Shown here: positions 19,849 through 30,470 of the stretch, one piece after another
Layout: each line of letters opens with the position of its first letter
Position numbering within the stretch: position 1 is the first letter of the stretch
Assembly (NCBI GenBank): GCA_027923505.1
Contig: BROI01000006.1
Location: forward strand, 434,001-498,000
Length of the DNA stretch: 64,000 nucleotides
Origin: Mayamaea pseudoterrestris
Taxonomy: Eukaryota
Direction of reading: 5' to 3'
Program-made: the position numbers and the translations under genes
Notes under the pieces: model-generated
Told to the model about the DNA's origin: nothing
The model's database searches: none
What the model saw: the letters and a program-made list of their open reading frames with translations, nothing else

Positions 19849-22800
19849 TTACTCGGCATATGCAACTGGTCGACTACGTTCCAGTGGCGGCACTATCGTC
19901 ACAGCCACATCAGGTTGTGGATGATCACCTCCATTTTCGCAGAGTCGTTGATACAGACGCTCTTGCTCCATGATTGTTTGTTTTCGTACGCGAATGACAT
20001 CGTCCATTGTCCGACGACGAACCGTCGCCAAAGCAGCGTCCATCTCGGCGGTGTTCGCCCTTCGCGCTGATTCCAACAAGCTGAGTGTGACTTCCATCAT
20101 TTCGGTGCGCTCTCGCTCGAGCATTTGGCATCGCCCATATAACTGCTCGACCACCAGCTGCAGCGATACACTCCCATCACGATGACGATTCGGTTGAAGA
20201 GGCGTTTGAATCGGATCAGGTGGTGGTTCTTCCCGTTCTTGGTGCATGTACCGCTGGTCGCGTTGCTCGACTTGCTGACGACGCTGTGGACTGTGTGGAC
20301 GCCCTTTGACGGCGTCTGAAACGTCCATTACTGACCCGTCTTGCGAAGAAGCCTGTGAAGAGCCATCATCGGCTAGTTCGTGGTGATCCATCAAGTCTGA
20401 CATGCTTTGAAGCATCTCCAGTACATTCTGATCGCTGTCTCGGCCTTGGACCAGCTCTTGCAAGCCTTGTGCAAGAGCTAGCGCTTCTTCAAGCAATGGT
20501 GTTGAATCGTCGTAACTCTTGGTATTGCACTCATCAAAATCATCCAAACCGTGCGGCATGTCGGGTGCATTAAGAAGCGCCTGAATTTTCCTCTCGGCAA
20601 GTCGCAAATTCTTTTCATGATCCGCATTGAGTGCTTGCATGCGCATAATTTCGTCGCTGTATGCGTCAGCCTGGTCATTCAGCGTCAGAATCTCAGCCTC
20701 GGCATGAATCAATTGCGTCGATTTTTTCTCGAGTTCAATCTTGGCATGTTCCAATTCGGCGTGCAGCTCTGCAGCCTGTGAAACTTTGCGCTGTAGTTCC
20801 GTCATTGCGTCCTGGTACATGACGTCCTTTGGACCTGACACACCGCCACTTTCAACAAGACCAGTGAGCTGAGCACGCATCTCTCGAACTTCGCAAAGGA
20901 GACCTTCCTGTTGTTCTAATATTCGGGATGTTTCCGCAGATGATTTCATATCTTGTGCGACGGCTTCAACAAGCGACTTGATCTCCATGATAGCGTCAGC
21001 CTCCAACGTCAGCTCCGCTATGGTGTCATTCAAGCCATTCTGCATTTCCTCGACAGATGTTTTTAGCTCGGCAATGGATGAATTGTCCACAGACAGAGTC
21101 TTCGTCGCCGTTGATTCGACTGACGCCTTTATCGCCAGCATATCCGTATGTAGTCCGTCAATGAGCTGCGTAACGGACGCTAACAGCTGGTCGGAGGATT
21201 GGAGTCGCTCCTTTGTTTGGCTAATGGCCAGTTCCAGCTCACGAATACGGAAGTCCTTTTCTAATGTAATGCGTTGAATTTCGCTTGCAAGATTCAGCTT
21301 CGTTTGTAAGGCTTCACCCTTCACTTGGTGCAATTCTTCAGACAACTGCTTAACTTGCGTAATTGACTTCAAGTCGGGCTCGTCAAGTTTTGCTTTCAGG
21401 CTCTTCATTTCCACCGCATGTTGAGTTTTTAGTTCCTGGATGATCTTTTGCTCGCGACGGACAGCCTTCTGTAGATCTTTCGTTTCTTTTGCGAGTTTGT
21501 TCTGTAGATCCTCGACTTCGACTTCCTCGTGAAGTCGACTTTCGTCCAGCTGCGCCGACCACTCCTGCGCTTCGCGATCATATTTCTCCTTGAGGTCAGA
21601 ATAGAGATCTTTCTGATGACGTAGTTCACTTTCCATGTTTTGTAAAAGATCAAGCTCTGCTCTCAACGTGTTTATAATTTCCTCATCGCTTTTGATCGTC
21701 TCATGCGCAGCAGCAAGCTCTCGACGCAAATCTTCAGCGTTGATATTGCCACACTCAAGCAATTCATTCTTTTCCTGTGCAAAAGAATCCTTGAGTTCGC
21801 GTATCTCAGTCTCTAAATCTTCCTTAAGGCGGCGAACCCGACGTGTTTCGGCAAGGGATGCTTCTAGCTGCAACTTCCATTCACCCTTGCTTGTTGGACT
21901 TTGTCTCGCCTTCGCATCGTCAAATATAGCTTGGACTTCTGCTTCGTAGCTTTGTCTTAACGCGGCAAGTTCCAGCTGCAGACGTTCTGAATCGGCCAAC
22001 GCATCTTGCAGCTGTGCTTGGATCGTAGAATCGGTCGTCTGACCATCATGTGCCTTCTTTAGGTCGCGAACTTCTCCTTCGAGCGAACTTTTGATGTCTC
22101 GTAGTTTTCGGCCATCTGCTAGAGCAGCTTCAAGACGTAGCTTCCATTCGCCTCTATCATCAGCATGTTGCCGCTCAAGCGATCGAAGCTTGACATTTAA
22201 TTCCTTATTTTTGGCGAGGCACTCTTCAAGCTGTCTTGAATCATCAGCTTGTTGATTAAGCAATCTTCCCTCCAAATCGTCAATGACCGCAGTGTATTCG
22301 TCTCGGATCTCCTTCAAACGCTGCTCGTCGTCAGGCAATTGAGCACCATTTGCTTGATGTAAATTGCCCTCGCATGTCTGTGTCGCCGTCGTGGAACTAG
22401 TCTTCTTCAACTCAGCCTTGAGCTCTTCTACAATAGATCCAAACTCGTGTCGAATCTCATTGACTGTGTCGTCGGCCGCAGCTTCGGCTTCCTGCCATCG
22501 AGCGCGCTCCATTTCTAGCGTCTTTCGCAAGTTCTCTGCTTCTTGCTTGTATAGGTCACGTTCAGCGATAGCTCGGTCCAAACTTTCGTCCAGCTCCGAA
22601 TAGACTGACTCGACTGCAGGCGCGTCTGTTGATGTATCCTCAGTTTCATTCGCTTCGCCCAAGCGTTGCTTCACTGCCTTTAATTCTTTGCGTAGACTTT
22701 CTGCAGTCGTCTTGTAGGATGACTTGTCAGTGAGTAATTGCTGAATACTAATCTGCATAATATCCTTATCGTACAGCCACGCCTCGCGTTGGGCACGAAG

Positions 22801-24498
22801 CTTTTTTTCCTCTCGCGCTACTCGCTGCAGCTTATCGGAAGTGTTGCGCATGTCAACGTTGACTTGGCTGATATCCAAATTCAGCTGCTGTATGGTATGG
22901 TCGAGTATCTCCTTTTCCTGCAGCCACTCGCATCGTTCCGTATTCAATTGCTGCTCCAATAGCTGCAACAATTGCTTTTGTACCTTTTGCTTTTCCTTGC
23001 AATGCTTGTGATTCGTGTCACTGTACGAGTCCACCTCCTGCGCCAGTCGCTGCAGCTGCTTTTGCATGGCACCACTCAGTTTCTTGTCCTTTTGCAACTC
23101 GAGTTCAGCGTGCGACAATGCTCGCTCCCACTGCTCCTTTTCGTACTCGAAATCTTGCACGCGCTGCTCCAGCTCGCCAAGCCTTTGAATCGCTTGCGCC
23201 GTGTCAAAGGATACTTCGACGCCATTCGTCGCAGCACCCGCCGCGGTTCGATGCAACGCGTTTCGCTCGTCGACGGTATAGTTGGTGTAGTTGCCCATGG
23301 TGGAAGCCGTCACCATGGTGGTGCCACTCGAGACTGACGCAATCGTGTCAATTCCATTGTTTATATCATCTTGTCCATTTGGTTTGTTGCGTTGCTCATC
23401 CTCCCAAACCAGCCGCTCCTCGAGCCACTGTATGCGCTGCTCAATGGACTCGCGCAGCTCCGACTTTAAATGCTTGCCTTGAATCTTGGCGACGCGCAAG
23501 TCGTCCTTCCACTTGTAGCGCTCCTCGTCGTGACTATTCTGCAAACGCTGGACAATGTTCATCCACCAACTGGATTGAGATGATGGCTGTGCCGCGTCAG
23601 TCTTGTTAGTGTTGTTCATGTTTTCGTCGTGATGGTTCAACAGCGACGACGATTTGCGCTTGTGGTGATTGCCATGTTCCATGCTCAGTTGCGTTTCTTG
23701 ATCGTCGTCGTAGTATTCCTCCTCTTCTTCGTCCTGCTCGTATTCCTCGCTCCTCCTCGCCGGCTGACACGCGGCGGCTTGCTTGGCTTGGTTCATGCTG
23801 TTTTGCAACACTTGCATGGACACGTCAAGGCAGTCGACGGATGGCACGTCTTGATGATGATTGTCATGCGCCTGGCAGAGTAGCGAGTCTAGTTCCTGCT
23901 CGTGAAAGGTCCATGATTCGTTTCGGTCATGGTATTTTTCCTGCCGCGTGTTAATTTGCGTAGCTTCGCTACTGGATCGTCGTCGGGGTAACGTAGGAGA
24001 TGATGCTGCTGGTGCAGTCTGCAGTGACGCTGGCTTGGTTGGCGACGGACTAGTGGTAGCTGCTACTGCTACAACACTTGACGTTTGCATGAGCCCCGTC
24101 GCCGACAGAGTCATGGTGGTATCGACGCTGCCGGCGACACTGTTGTTGGTGTTGTGATTCTTGAGCGGCGTCGTGGGTGGACGTTGTTGCGTCGAGGATC
24201 TATGTGAACTGCCACTGCTGCTGCGGCGGCTGTTGCTGCGACGCACCGTCCTCTTGGGTGGCAAGGCACTCGCCGACTCGGGAGATGGAGCGGCAGCGTA
24301 ACTGCTGGATGTTTTGACGCTGCTGACGCTTGCAGTAGTTTTGGTTTTCTTGTCCTTGCTCGTGCTTGCTACCGAGTGAACATCTCCTGGTGCATCGACT
24401 GCCGCTTTGGTAAAGTGCTGCTGTCCAGACTCGAGATTCGCCATGCGCGGAGTTTTGGCAGCCCCCGCCGCAATGGATGCTTCCGATACGGATGACAT
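19849..24498 (-). CDS. Large coiled-coil protein
   Basis: About 1550-aa uninterrupted ORF, first ATG at 24498. Ser-rich N-terminus followed by long E/K/L/Q heptad-rich regions. Confidence 0.85.
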   Translation of the reverse strand: MSSVSEASIAAGAAKTPRMANLESGQQHFTKAAVDAPGDVHSVASTSKDKKTKTTASVSSVKTSSSYAAAPSPESASALPPKRTVRRSNSRRSSSGSSHRSSTQQRPPTTPLKNHNTNNSVAGSVDTTMTLSATGLMQTSSVVAVAATTSPSPTKPASLQTAPAASSPTLPRRRSSSEATQINTRQEKYHDRNESWTFHEQELDSLLCQAHDNHHQDVPSVDCLDVSMQVLQNSMNQAKQAAACQPARRSEEYEQDEEEEEYYDDDQETQLSMEHGNHHKRKSSSLLNHHDENMNNTNKTDAAQPSSQSSWWMNIVQRLQNSHDEERYKWKDDLRVAKIQGKHLKSELRESIEQRIQWLEERLVWEDEQRNKPNGQDDINNGIDTIASVSSGTTMVTASTMGNYTNYTVDERNALHRTAAGAATNGVEVSFDTAQAIQRLGELEQRVQDFEYEKEQWERALSHAELELQKDKKLSGAMQKQLQRLAQEVDSYSDTNHKHCKEKQKVQKQLLQLLEQQLNTERCEWLQEKEILDHTIQQLNLDISQVNVDMRNTSDKLQRVAREEKKLRAQREAWLYDKDIMQISIQQLLTDKSSYKTTAESLRKELKAVKQRLGEANETEDTSTDAPAVESVYSELDESLDRAIAERDLYKQEAENLRKTLEMERARWQEAEAAADDTVNEIRHEFGSIVEELKAELKKTSSTTATQTCEGNLHQANGAQLPDDEQRLKEIRDEYTAVIDDLEGRLLNQQADDSRQLEECLAKNKELNVKLRSLERQHADDRGEWKLRLEAALADGRKLRDIKSSLEGEVRDLKKAHDGQTTDSTIQAQLQDALADSERLQLELAALRQSYEAEVQAIFDDAKARQSPTSKGEWKLQLEASLAETRRVRRLKEDLETEIRELKDSFAQEKNELLECGNINAEDLRRELAAAHETIKSDEEIINTLRAELDLLQNMESELRHQKDLYSDLKEKYDREAQEWSAQLDESRLHEEVEVEDLQNKLAKETKDLQKAVRREQKIIQELKTQHAVEMKSLKAKLDEPDLKSITQVKQLSEELHQVKGEALQTKLNLASEIQRITLEKDFRIRELELAISQTKERLQSSDQLLASVTQLIDGLHTDMLAIKASVESTATKTLSVDNSSIAELKTSVEEMQNGLNDTIAELTLEADAIMEIKSLVEAVAQDMKSSAETSRILEQQEGLLCEVREMRAQLTGLVESGGVSGPKDVMYQDAMTELQRKVSQAAELHAELEHAKIELEKKSTQLIHAEAEILTLNDQADAYSDEIMRMQALNADHEKNLRLAERKIQALLNAPDMPHGLDDFDECNTKSYDDSTPLLEEALALAQGLQELVQGRDSDQNVLEMLQSMSDLMDHHELADDGSSQASSQDGSVMDVSDAVKGRPHSPQRRQQVEQRDQRYMHQEREEPPPDPIQTPLQPNRHRDGSVSLQLVVEQLYGRCQMLERERTEMMEVTLSLLESARRANTAEMDAALATVRRRTMDDVIRVRKQTIMEQERLYQRLCENGGDHPQPDVAVTIVPPLERSRPVAYAE

Positions 24499-24934
24499 GA
24501 TCAATTGCCTCGTTTATTGTTGCCTCTATTTATTTCTGTTTGCTCCTCACGACGGCTTGTTTACAAGTTGACTCCAAAACAATATTCGATCACCAATATA
24601 TAAAATCCAAACGTATCCGATCCTATCCAGTCCAATCAGTCAGCACCTTAGTTGCAGGACCGTCGTTTGCCGCAAAAGGCAAAAAGTCGCTTAAGCGCTT
24701 GCTATGAATGTCGTGCCGTGCCCTCGTTTGGAGCCGATGCGCCATTGTCGCTCGCAGAGCTCATCGATTGCGGTTGCTGGCCGGCCGAACGTATCTTCAC
24801 ACGTGCCGCACGCCGGTCTGGCTTAGAACTGGTGCGACACTTTCGACAGCCGCACACACGCTCATCATGCTTTGATGGATCATGATGACAAGCTGATCTG
24901 CTTCCTCTTTGTCACACAAGTACCATCACCTATC

Positions 24935-26020
24935 ATGTCACTTCGACTGCAGCAACCACAACGAAATGTCTTTCACTCTCCAATGCGACTGATTCTATTA
25001 GTCATTGCAATTTTCTCACTCGTCGCATCAACAGCAGCTGCTGCCAAGAAGACCAAGGCGTATACGGACGACTCGACGCCGACGGAGCGCTTGCTGCGTT
25101 TGTGCGTTACGAGCGGAAGCGGCGTCATACCACGCAGCGGCCGCCGCTACAAGCAACTCCAGTTACTAAAAGCCGCCTCGGGGGAAGCATCACTGTTGTT
25201 GAGCAATTCACCGCAGAACCAAGCCGCCTGCTGGATCTTGTTTCGCGATGGCGGCGGCAAGCGCACCAACAAGCGCAAGTTGCTGCAGCGCTACGCGTTG
25301 GCGACGCTGCATTACGCGACCACCAAGAGTGACACGAAGCCGTGGGACTGGAACATGGCCAATGACGCTTCCGAACAAGTGCGGGCGCGGAGGGGAGACT
25401 GGATGAGCACCAAGTTGCACGAGTGTCAGTGGTACGGCGTGCAGTGCAGTCGACGCACCGTCGTGGGATTGAGTCTGGGGTTTTTGAGTTTGGATGGTTT
25501 GCTGCCGCGTGAATTGTCCTTGCTGACGGAGCTCAAGGAGCTGGATGTGCATGGGTGTGACTTGCAAGGCGTTGTGCCGCACAAGATGATGGCCAGTCTT
25601 GGCAAATTGGAGTATTTGCGCTTGCATATGAATGGGTTCTTTGGGGCCATTCATCGGGAGATTGCTGGCATGTCGTCGCTCAAGCAGCTGGTGCTGTTTG
25701 GAAACTACATTGCTGGTACGATTCCTACGGAACTGACGCAGCTTTCCAAGCTTGAAGTCATTGACTTGTACGCCAACCAGCTTTCCGGCACGATACCCTC
25801 TCAACTCGCCACGCTGAAAAAGCTCAAGTCGTTGGATGTTCACGACAACAACTTGGTGGGAACAATGCCCAAGGAGATCTGTGCATTGAAACTGGATGAG
25901 CTCGTCGCTGACTGTCTTGGACCAAATCCGGAAGTGAGATGCGACTGCTGCACCAGGTGCTGCAAAGGTTTACCAGAAATGAAGTGTGTTGATGTTGCAA
26001 CGGGAGTTGTAGTAAAGTAA
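24935..26020 (+). CDS. Secreted leucine-rich repeat protein
   Basis: Signal peptide; SPQNQAACW and LLQRYALATLHYAT cap; ECQWYGVQC; LxxLxLxxNxLxGxIP repeats; C-terminal ADC..RCDCCTRCC cap. Confidence 0.88.
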   Translation: MSLRLQQPQRNVFHSPMRLILLVIAIFSLVASTAAAAKKTKAYTDDSTPTERLLRLCVTSGSGVIPRSGRRYKQLQLLKAASGEASLLLSNSPQNQAACWILFRDGGGKRTNKRKLLQRYALATLHYATTKSDTKPWDWNMANDASEQVRARRGDWMSTKLHECQWYGVQCSRRTVVGLSLGFLSLDGLLPRELSLLTELKELDVHGCDLQGVVPHKMMASLGKLEYLRLHMNGFFGAIHREIAGMSSLKQLVLFGNYIAGTIPTELTQLSKLEVIDLYANQLSGTIPSQLATLKKLKSLDVHDNNLVGTMPKEICALKLDELVADCLGPNPEVRCDCCTRCCKGLPEMKCVDVATGVVVK

Positions 26021-26840
26021 ATAATAGCAACTGTACATTTTTACAAGCTAGGTCTGCATCGCGCATTGATTGTCGGGCGCGTCGCGTGCGAAACGAATGT
26101 TCACAGTGCTGTATTTCCTGCGCACTCATTTTATGTTTAGCCTTGATGTTCAAAGCTGCTTGCATTATATTACTATAAGGTCTTTAACTACATTGTTAGG
26201 TATATGTCATGGACATGGACGAAATCCAAGCTTTCACGCACGCTGCTTGAAAACACGTACGGTAGGTAATTTCGGGTAATCCTCTTGACCAGCATCTAAT
26301 TAATTCTCTTTCGTTGACAACGTAATCCATGTGCGGCTATTCCACTCCTATAGCCTTTTAGAGCACAGTAGGTGTCTTGGCAGCGACCATTGGAAACGTA
26401 GCTAGCATCTCCACTTGGAACTGCCTCCTCCGACCACAGTTCCGCGTCGGCGGAGTCGCGCAACTTCAATCCACGTGTCGGTTGAAGTTCAAGTTTCACC
26501 GAGAGACACGCGTGGTCGAATTTGTTTCTTGCCAGCTTGTATTGCCTCGGAGGTCAAGGCAATACTCGAGATCATGTTGCACCTCCTTTCTCGAATCTGT
26601 CATTCATCGTCACGTTCAAGTTGAATGTCCAACCTCAAGCGTCGCGCGTCGTTGCTAATGGCCCCGGTGCCGTTTCATGGTTCGCGTTGACTCAGCTAAA
26701 AGGTCGTGGAAGAAAGCGAGACGAGACGCCAATCATCCAAGACGCTTGCCGCTTGATAATCTCGGTCTCTCTCGCTAGCGAGACGTCTCTATTGACTAGC
26801 AGTCTCGTTATACAAACGGTAGAAAGGAGTTTCTTCAATC

Positions 26841-28694
26841 ATGAATCGTTCAGAGAAGCGTCAGGCGGAGCAAGACTCGCCCGTGGCAAGCAACAAGCGG
26901 CAGCGAAACGCGCGAGTCATTGAGACGAGACAACCAGACGGAGGCAACAACGGCCAGTATCGCTCCGCAGTGGAGATTAGCAACAGCAGCATGACGTCTT
27001 CGACTTCCTCATTGGCCGCTTCGTTGGCGGGCAAGCAGCAGCAGCAGCAGCAGCAGCAGCATGTTTCCAGCGGCGAAACAGCTTCTCCGCAAGCTCCCAA
27101 GGGAAACGTGCTGGAGCAGTTGCTCGGTCGACATGTTTCCGCAACGACGCCTGCAAGTCTTCCACTCGACGTGAATCGTTTGCATGGCGCTAATGCAACA
27201 TTAACATATGCGCAGCAGCTGCAGCAGGCGGCCAGTGCCATGCAGCAACCAAACGCGCAGATTGCCGATTTGCTGTCGAACCAAATATTGATGCAGCGGC
27301 AACGACAGTTGCATGAGCAGCTTTCATCGCAGGACGCTACCACCTCGTACTATCTAATGCTGCAGCAGCAGCAACATCAGGCGCGCTTGCATGCCATGTT
27401 GGGGAATCACAATGGCGTATTGGCAAGTAGCGGCAATGCGTCACTTGGCGCCCAGCAGGCGGCTCTGTTGCGCAACGCGGGCTTGCTGCCAGGAAACGAT
27501 TCGCTGACGGGCCTCAACTCCAACAGCCTTTGGGACTTGATTTCGTCGCGAGAAGCGCAGCAGCAGCATGCCAGTCTTCAGCAGCAGCAGCAGTTGCTCA
27601 TGCAGCAGCAGCTTCAACAACAACAGCAGCTGCTGGCGCAGCAGGGGCTCAAAGGTGCCCTTGGTTTGGGAGGAGGCTTGTCCACGGAAACGTCACGAAT
27701 GATGGAAGCACTCATGCTGGAGCAGCAGCTGCTGGGGGCGAACCGGTCGTACGCGGCTCGAGGAATCTCACTGTATCCAACCGATGGTCTCTTTCGACAG
27801 CAAAGCATGCCAATGCCAGTACTTACCAATCAAGTCTCTGACAATAATCCGCTGTCAAATATGGTGGCGGAAGCCTCGATGCGGCTAGCGCGGCAGCAGC
27901 AGCAAGATGCGCAAGCGCGACAAGGCAACATTGTCGCACCAGAAGGATCGGCCGCGGCGCGTGAGCACCGACGCAATCCGTCTCACTCATCGCTCGCCAT
28001 GCCGCCGCCGTCGGGCGAATCCAGAGACAACAACACCAAACACATCAATTCCAAAAGCATGACGAATCGCAAAGTCATTCCCATGGCGACACCAGCTGAC
28101 AAGACAACTCTTTCAGAATACCAATGCTTGGTGCGCGAGCAAATCATCTTTTTCGCCGCATCCGCCGATGACATTCACGAGTCCGTCCAGGGCCGCAACC
28201 GTCCCATTGTGCTGGGCCAGGTTGGCATTCACTGCGTCCGCTGCTGGCACGAGCAGCATGATCGCAATCGCTTCATCCGCCAAAAGCCGCGCGGGGCCAG
28301 CTACTACCCCAGCAAACTATCTGGTATATACCAAGCGGCGCAAAACATGGTGACGAACCACTTTATGGATAGTTGCCGCAGCTTGCCGTTGGACGTGAAA
28401 ACCAAGCTTGCGGCGCCGCGCAGCTTTAACCCAACGGCGGAACCCATGACGCATCACAATCCGCCGCTCATCATCAAGCGCGGCTGGTCCACCTCAAACG
28501 CTGGAGGTGGTAAACAGTACTGGGCGAACGCGGCGCAAAAGTTGGGTATTGTAGAAACGGAGGAACATGGGTTGGTGTTTCAGAATAGTAGTGACGAGGA
28601 GGTCGAAAGTACGGACGCGGCTGCTACTGCGGGCGCTGTCGGCACGGGGGGTGATAAAGATGAGGAGAAAACTCTTGAACAAAAGACAGAATAA
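26841..28694 (+). CDS. Gln-rich protein with C-terminal Cys/His-containing conserved-looking domain (putative regulator)
   Basis: 617-aa ORF with a poly-Q N-terminal half. C-terminal block LSEYQCLVREQIIFF..RNRPIVLGQVGIHCVRC..YYPSKLSGIYQAAQNM..HF..C..GGGKQYW. Confidence 0.8.
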   Translation: MNRSEKRQAEQDSPVASNKRQRNARVIETRQPDGGNNGQYRSAVEISNSSMTSSTSSLAASLAGKQQQQQQQQHVSSGETASPQAPKGNVLEQLLGRHVSATTPASLPLDVNRLHGANATLTYAQQLQQAASAMQQPNAQIADLLSNQILMQRQRQLHEQLSSQDATTSYYLMLQQQQHQARLHAMLGNHNGVLASSGNASLGAQQAALLRNAGLLPGNDSLTGLNSNSLWDLISSREAQQQHASLQQQQQLLMQQQLQQQQQLLAQQGLKGALGLGGGLSTETSRMMEALMLEQQLLGANRSYAARGISLYPTDGLFRQQSMPMPVLTNQVSDNNPLSNMVAEASMRLARQQQQDAQARQGNIVAPEGSAAAREHRRNPSHSSLAMPPPSGESRDNNTKHINSKSMTNRKVIPMATPADKTTLSEYQCLVREQIIFFAASADDIHESVQGRNRPIVLGQVGIHCVRCWHEQHDRNRFIRQKPRGASYYPSKLSGIYQAAQNMVTNHFMDSCRSLPLDVKTKLAAPRSFNPTAEPMTHHNPPLIIKRGWSTSNAGGGKQYWANAAQKLGIVETEEHGLVFQNSSDEEVESTDAAATAGAVGTGGDKDEEKTLEQKTE

Positions 28695-28822
28695 ACATTT
28701 GAATATAAAAGATATACAATTTTATACGAGGGGATGATATGATATGTATGGTACAACCATATGATTAAAGAAAAGTCATTGAATGTACACGACCAGATTA
28801 GCATTTTAGTGTAGTAAAGTAT

Positions 28823-30154
28823 TTACGTTCCAAATCGCCTCCTTCTCCCATGCGCATATGATCGCATAACCTTCAACAAATCCTTCTTGCTAAACTCGGG
28901 CCAGTGACAGTCCAGAAAGAAGAGTTCCGTGTACGCTAGCTGCCACAGCAAAAAGTTGCTGATGCGTTCCTCCCCCGACGTTCGAATGAGCACATCCGGA
29001 TCACTGGTGTGACTCGTCAGCAGCGCCAACTGCAAGTCGCCTTCGGAAATGTTGGCAGCGACGCGCTGACCCGACACGCATTCCTGCGCCAACTGGCGAC
29101 ACGCGTTGACAATCTCTCCGCGGCCACCGTACGAAAGGCAAATGTTCATCTCCAAACCACCGTGGCAGTGCGCCGTGTCATGTTGCAGCTTGTGTAAGCT
29201 CTCCTTGACGTGTTGCGGAATGTGCGATTCGTCCGTCGACAAGATTTTGACGCGCATGTTGCGCTTCAGAGCTTGCTCGCGTATTTGGTCACAGTGTTGC
29301 ACAAACAGCGCCATGAGCGCAGCAACTTCCGCCGGATCGCGGCGCCAGTTTTCCGTGGAAAAGGCAAAGACGGTCAAGACTTTGACATGTTCGGCCATGC
29401 ACCACTTGGCGACTTGCAGCAGCTTTTCGCCGCCGCATTGGTGTCCGGACGTGGCGCTGCCGTAGACTTGGTTGCCGTACCGTCGATTGCCGTCCATGAT
29501 GATGGCCACGTGGCGCGGGACTTGGCGTTCGTCGAGGCCGCTCTCGCAACGTGTGTACTCGTCGTCGTCGTCGTCGTGCAGCGACTCAAGCTTGGTCAAT
29601 TTTTCGCGCTCATTCATGCTAGAACTTTCGTCTTGATTCACAATGCATGCCGGCTGCCGGAACACAGCATGACACGCGGCCGTCCACCATGCCTTTAGTC
29701 GCATGCAATACATCAGCAGCCACGTCCTTCTACTTCTTCTTGTAACTTTTCTACTTCTTGTCGTCCTTCCAAAATAGTAACCCATGAGCGCACCAATACA
29801 TAGCGGCAGCAGCGCCAACACAATGGGGCGCGCATAGTAGCTAGATGCCAGCTTCATAACGAGCAGCTTGGTCCAACGCAAAATGTTCGTCAATAGCTGC
29901 AGCGGCGAGGAGGATAAGTCATTATTCCTGCAAGTGCAAGTGCTGTCACTACTGGAACAGTGGAGCGCCGAACTGAGCAGACTGGCATTGTCGTCGCCAT
30001 GGTTGGCAATCGTCATGGTTTCGCGAAACGCAACGTGCGAGGCGGCATTCAGCATTGTTACATCCTGGTGCCACGTCGTGTAACGTTCCACACTCTCGTC
30101 GTCGCTGCTGTAAATGACTTGGAACATGTTAGACAATCTCTTTTTGTTGTTCAT
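28823..30154 (-). CDS. cis-prenyltransferase (UPPS/DHDDS family)
   Basis: PRHVAIIMDGNRRYG, FAFSTENWRR, SYGGRGEIV, PDVLIRTSGEERISNFLLWQLAYTEL, WPEF and C-terminal RRRFG. Start is uncertain (in-frame ATGs at 30244, 30154, 30127). Confidence 0.92.
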   Translation of the reverse strand: MNNKKRLSNMFQVIYSSDDESVERYTTWHQDVTMLNAASHVAFRETMTIANHGDDNASLLSSALHCSSSDSTCTCRNNDLSSSPLQLLTNILRWTKLLVMKLASSYYARPIVLALLPLCIGALMGYYFGRTTRSRKVTRRSRRTWLLMYCMRLKAWWTAACHAVFRQPACIVNQDESSSMNEREKLTKLESLHDDDDDEYTRCESGLDERQVPRHVAIIMDGNRRYGNQVYGSATSGHQCGGEKLLQVAKWCMAEHVKVLTVFAFSTENWRRDPAEVAALMALFVQHCDQIREQALKRNMRVKILSTDESHIPQHVKESLHKLQHDTAHCHGGLEMNICLSYGGRGEIVNACRQLAQECVSGQRVAANISEGDLQLALLTSHTSDPDVLIRTSGEERISNFLLWQLAYTELFFLDCHWPEFSKKDLLKVMRSYAHGRRRRFGT

Positions 30155-30470
30155 GTTGATCAGAGTGATGCAACATACTTGTACGAGTTCATGGTCGATC
30201 GGCCATTTTTCGTTTCGTCGTCGTCGCAGATTCGCACGCGGCATCGAATCGTACCGGTACTCTTATGTACCCTTCCATGTGTTAGTACCGTTCCGACATC
30301 AATGTGTCATTGGTGCGGCGCTCGTCCGTTCGTCTGCGGTCTGCGCCATGGCGCCATGGCGATCATCATCATCCACACCAATCTTCTTCAGCCTGGACGG
30401 ACCTATTGCAAGCCCTTCTATTACTACTAACGGTAACACGGTAGCTCATTTTCAAGCGCCTATCATAATC

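Noticed and set aside
26462..26489. Small hairpin AACTTCAA...TTGAAGTT around CACGTG
   Set aside because: Only an 8-bp stem, with no other support for an RNA or regulatory role.
30114..30470. Apparent overlap of the MVD and cis-prenyltransferase ORFs in the track
   Set aside because: MVD homology starts near 30513. The upstream extension is probably untranslated open frame.
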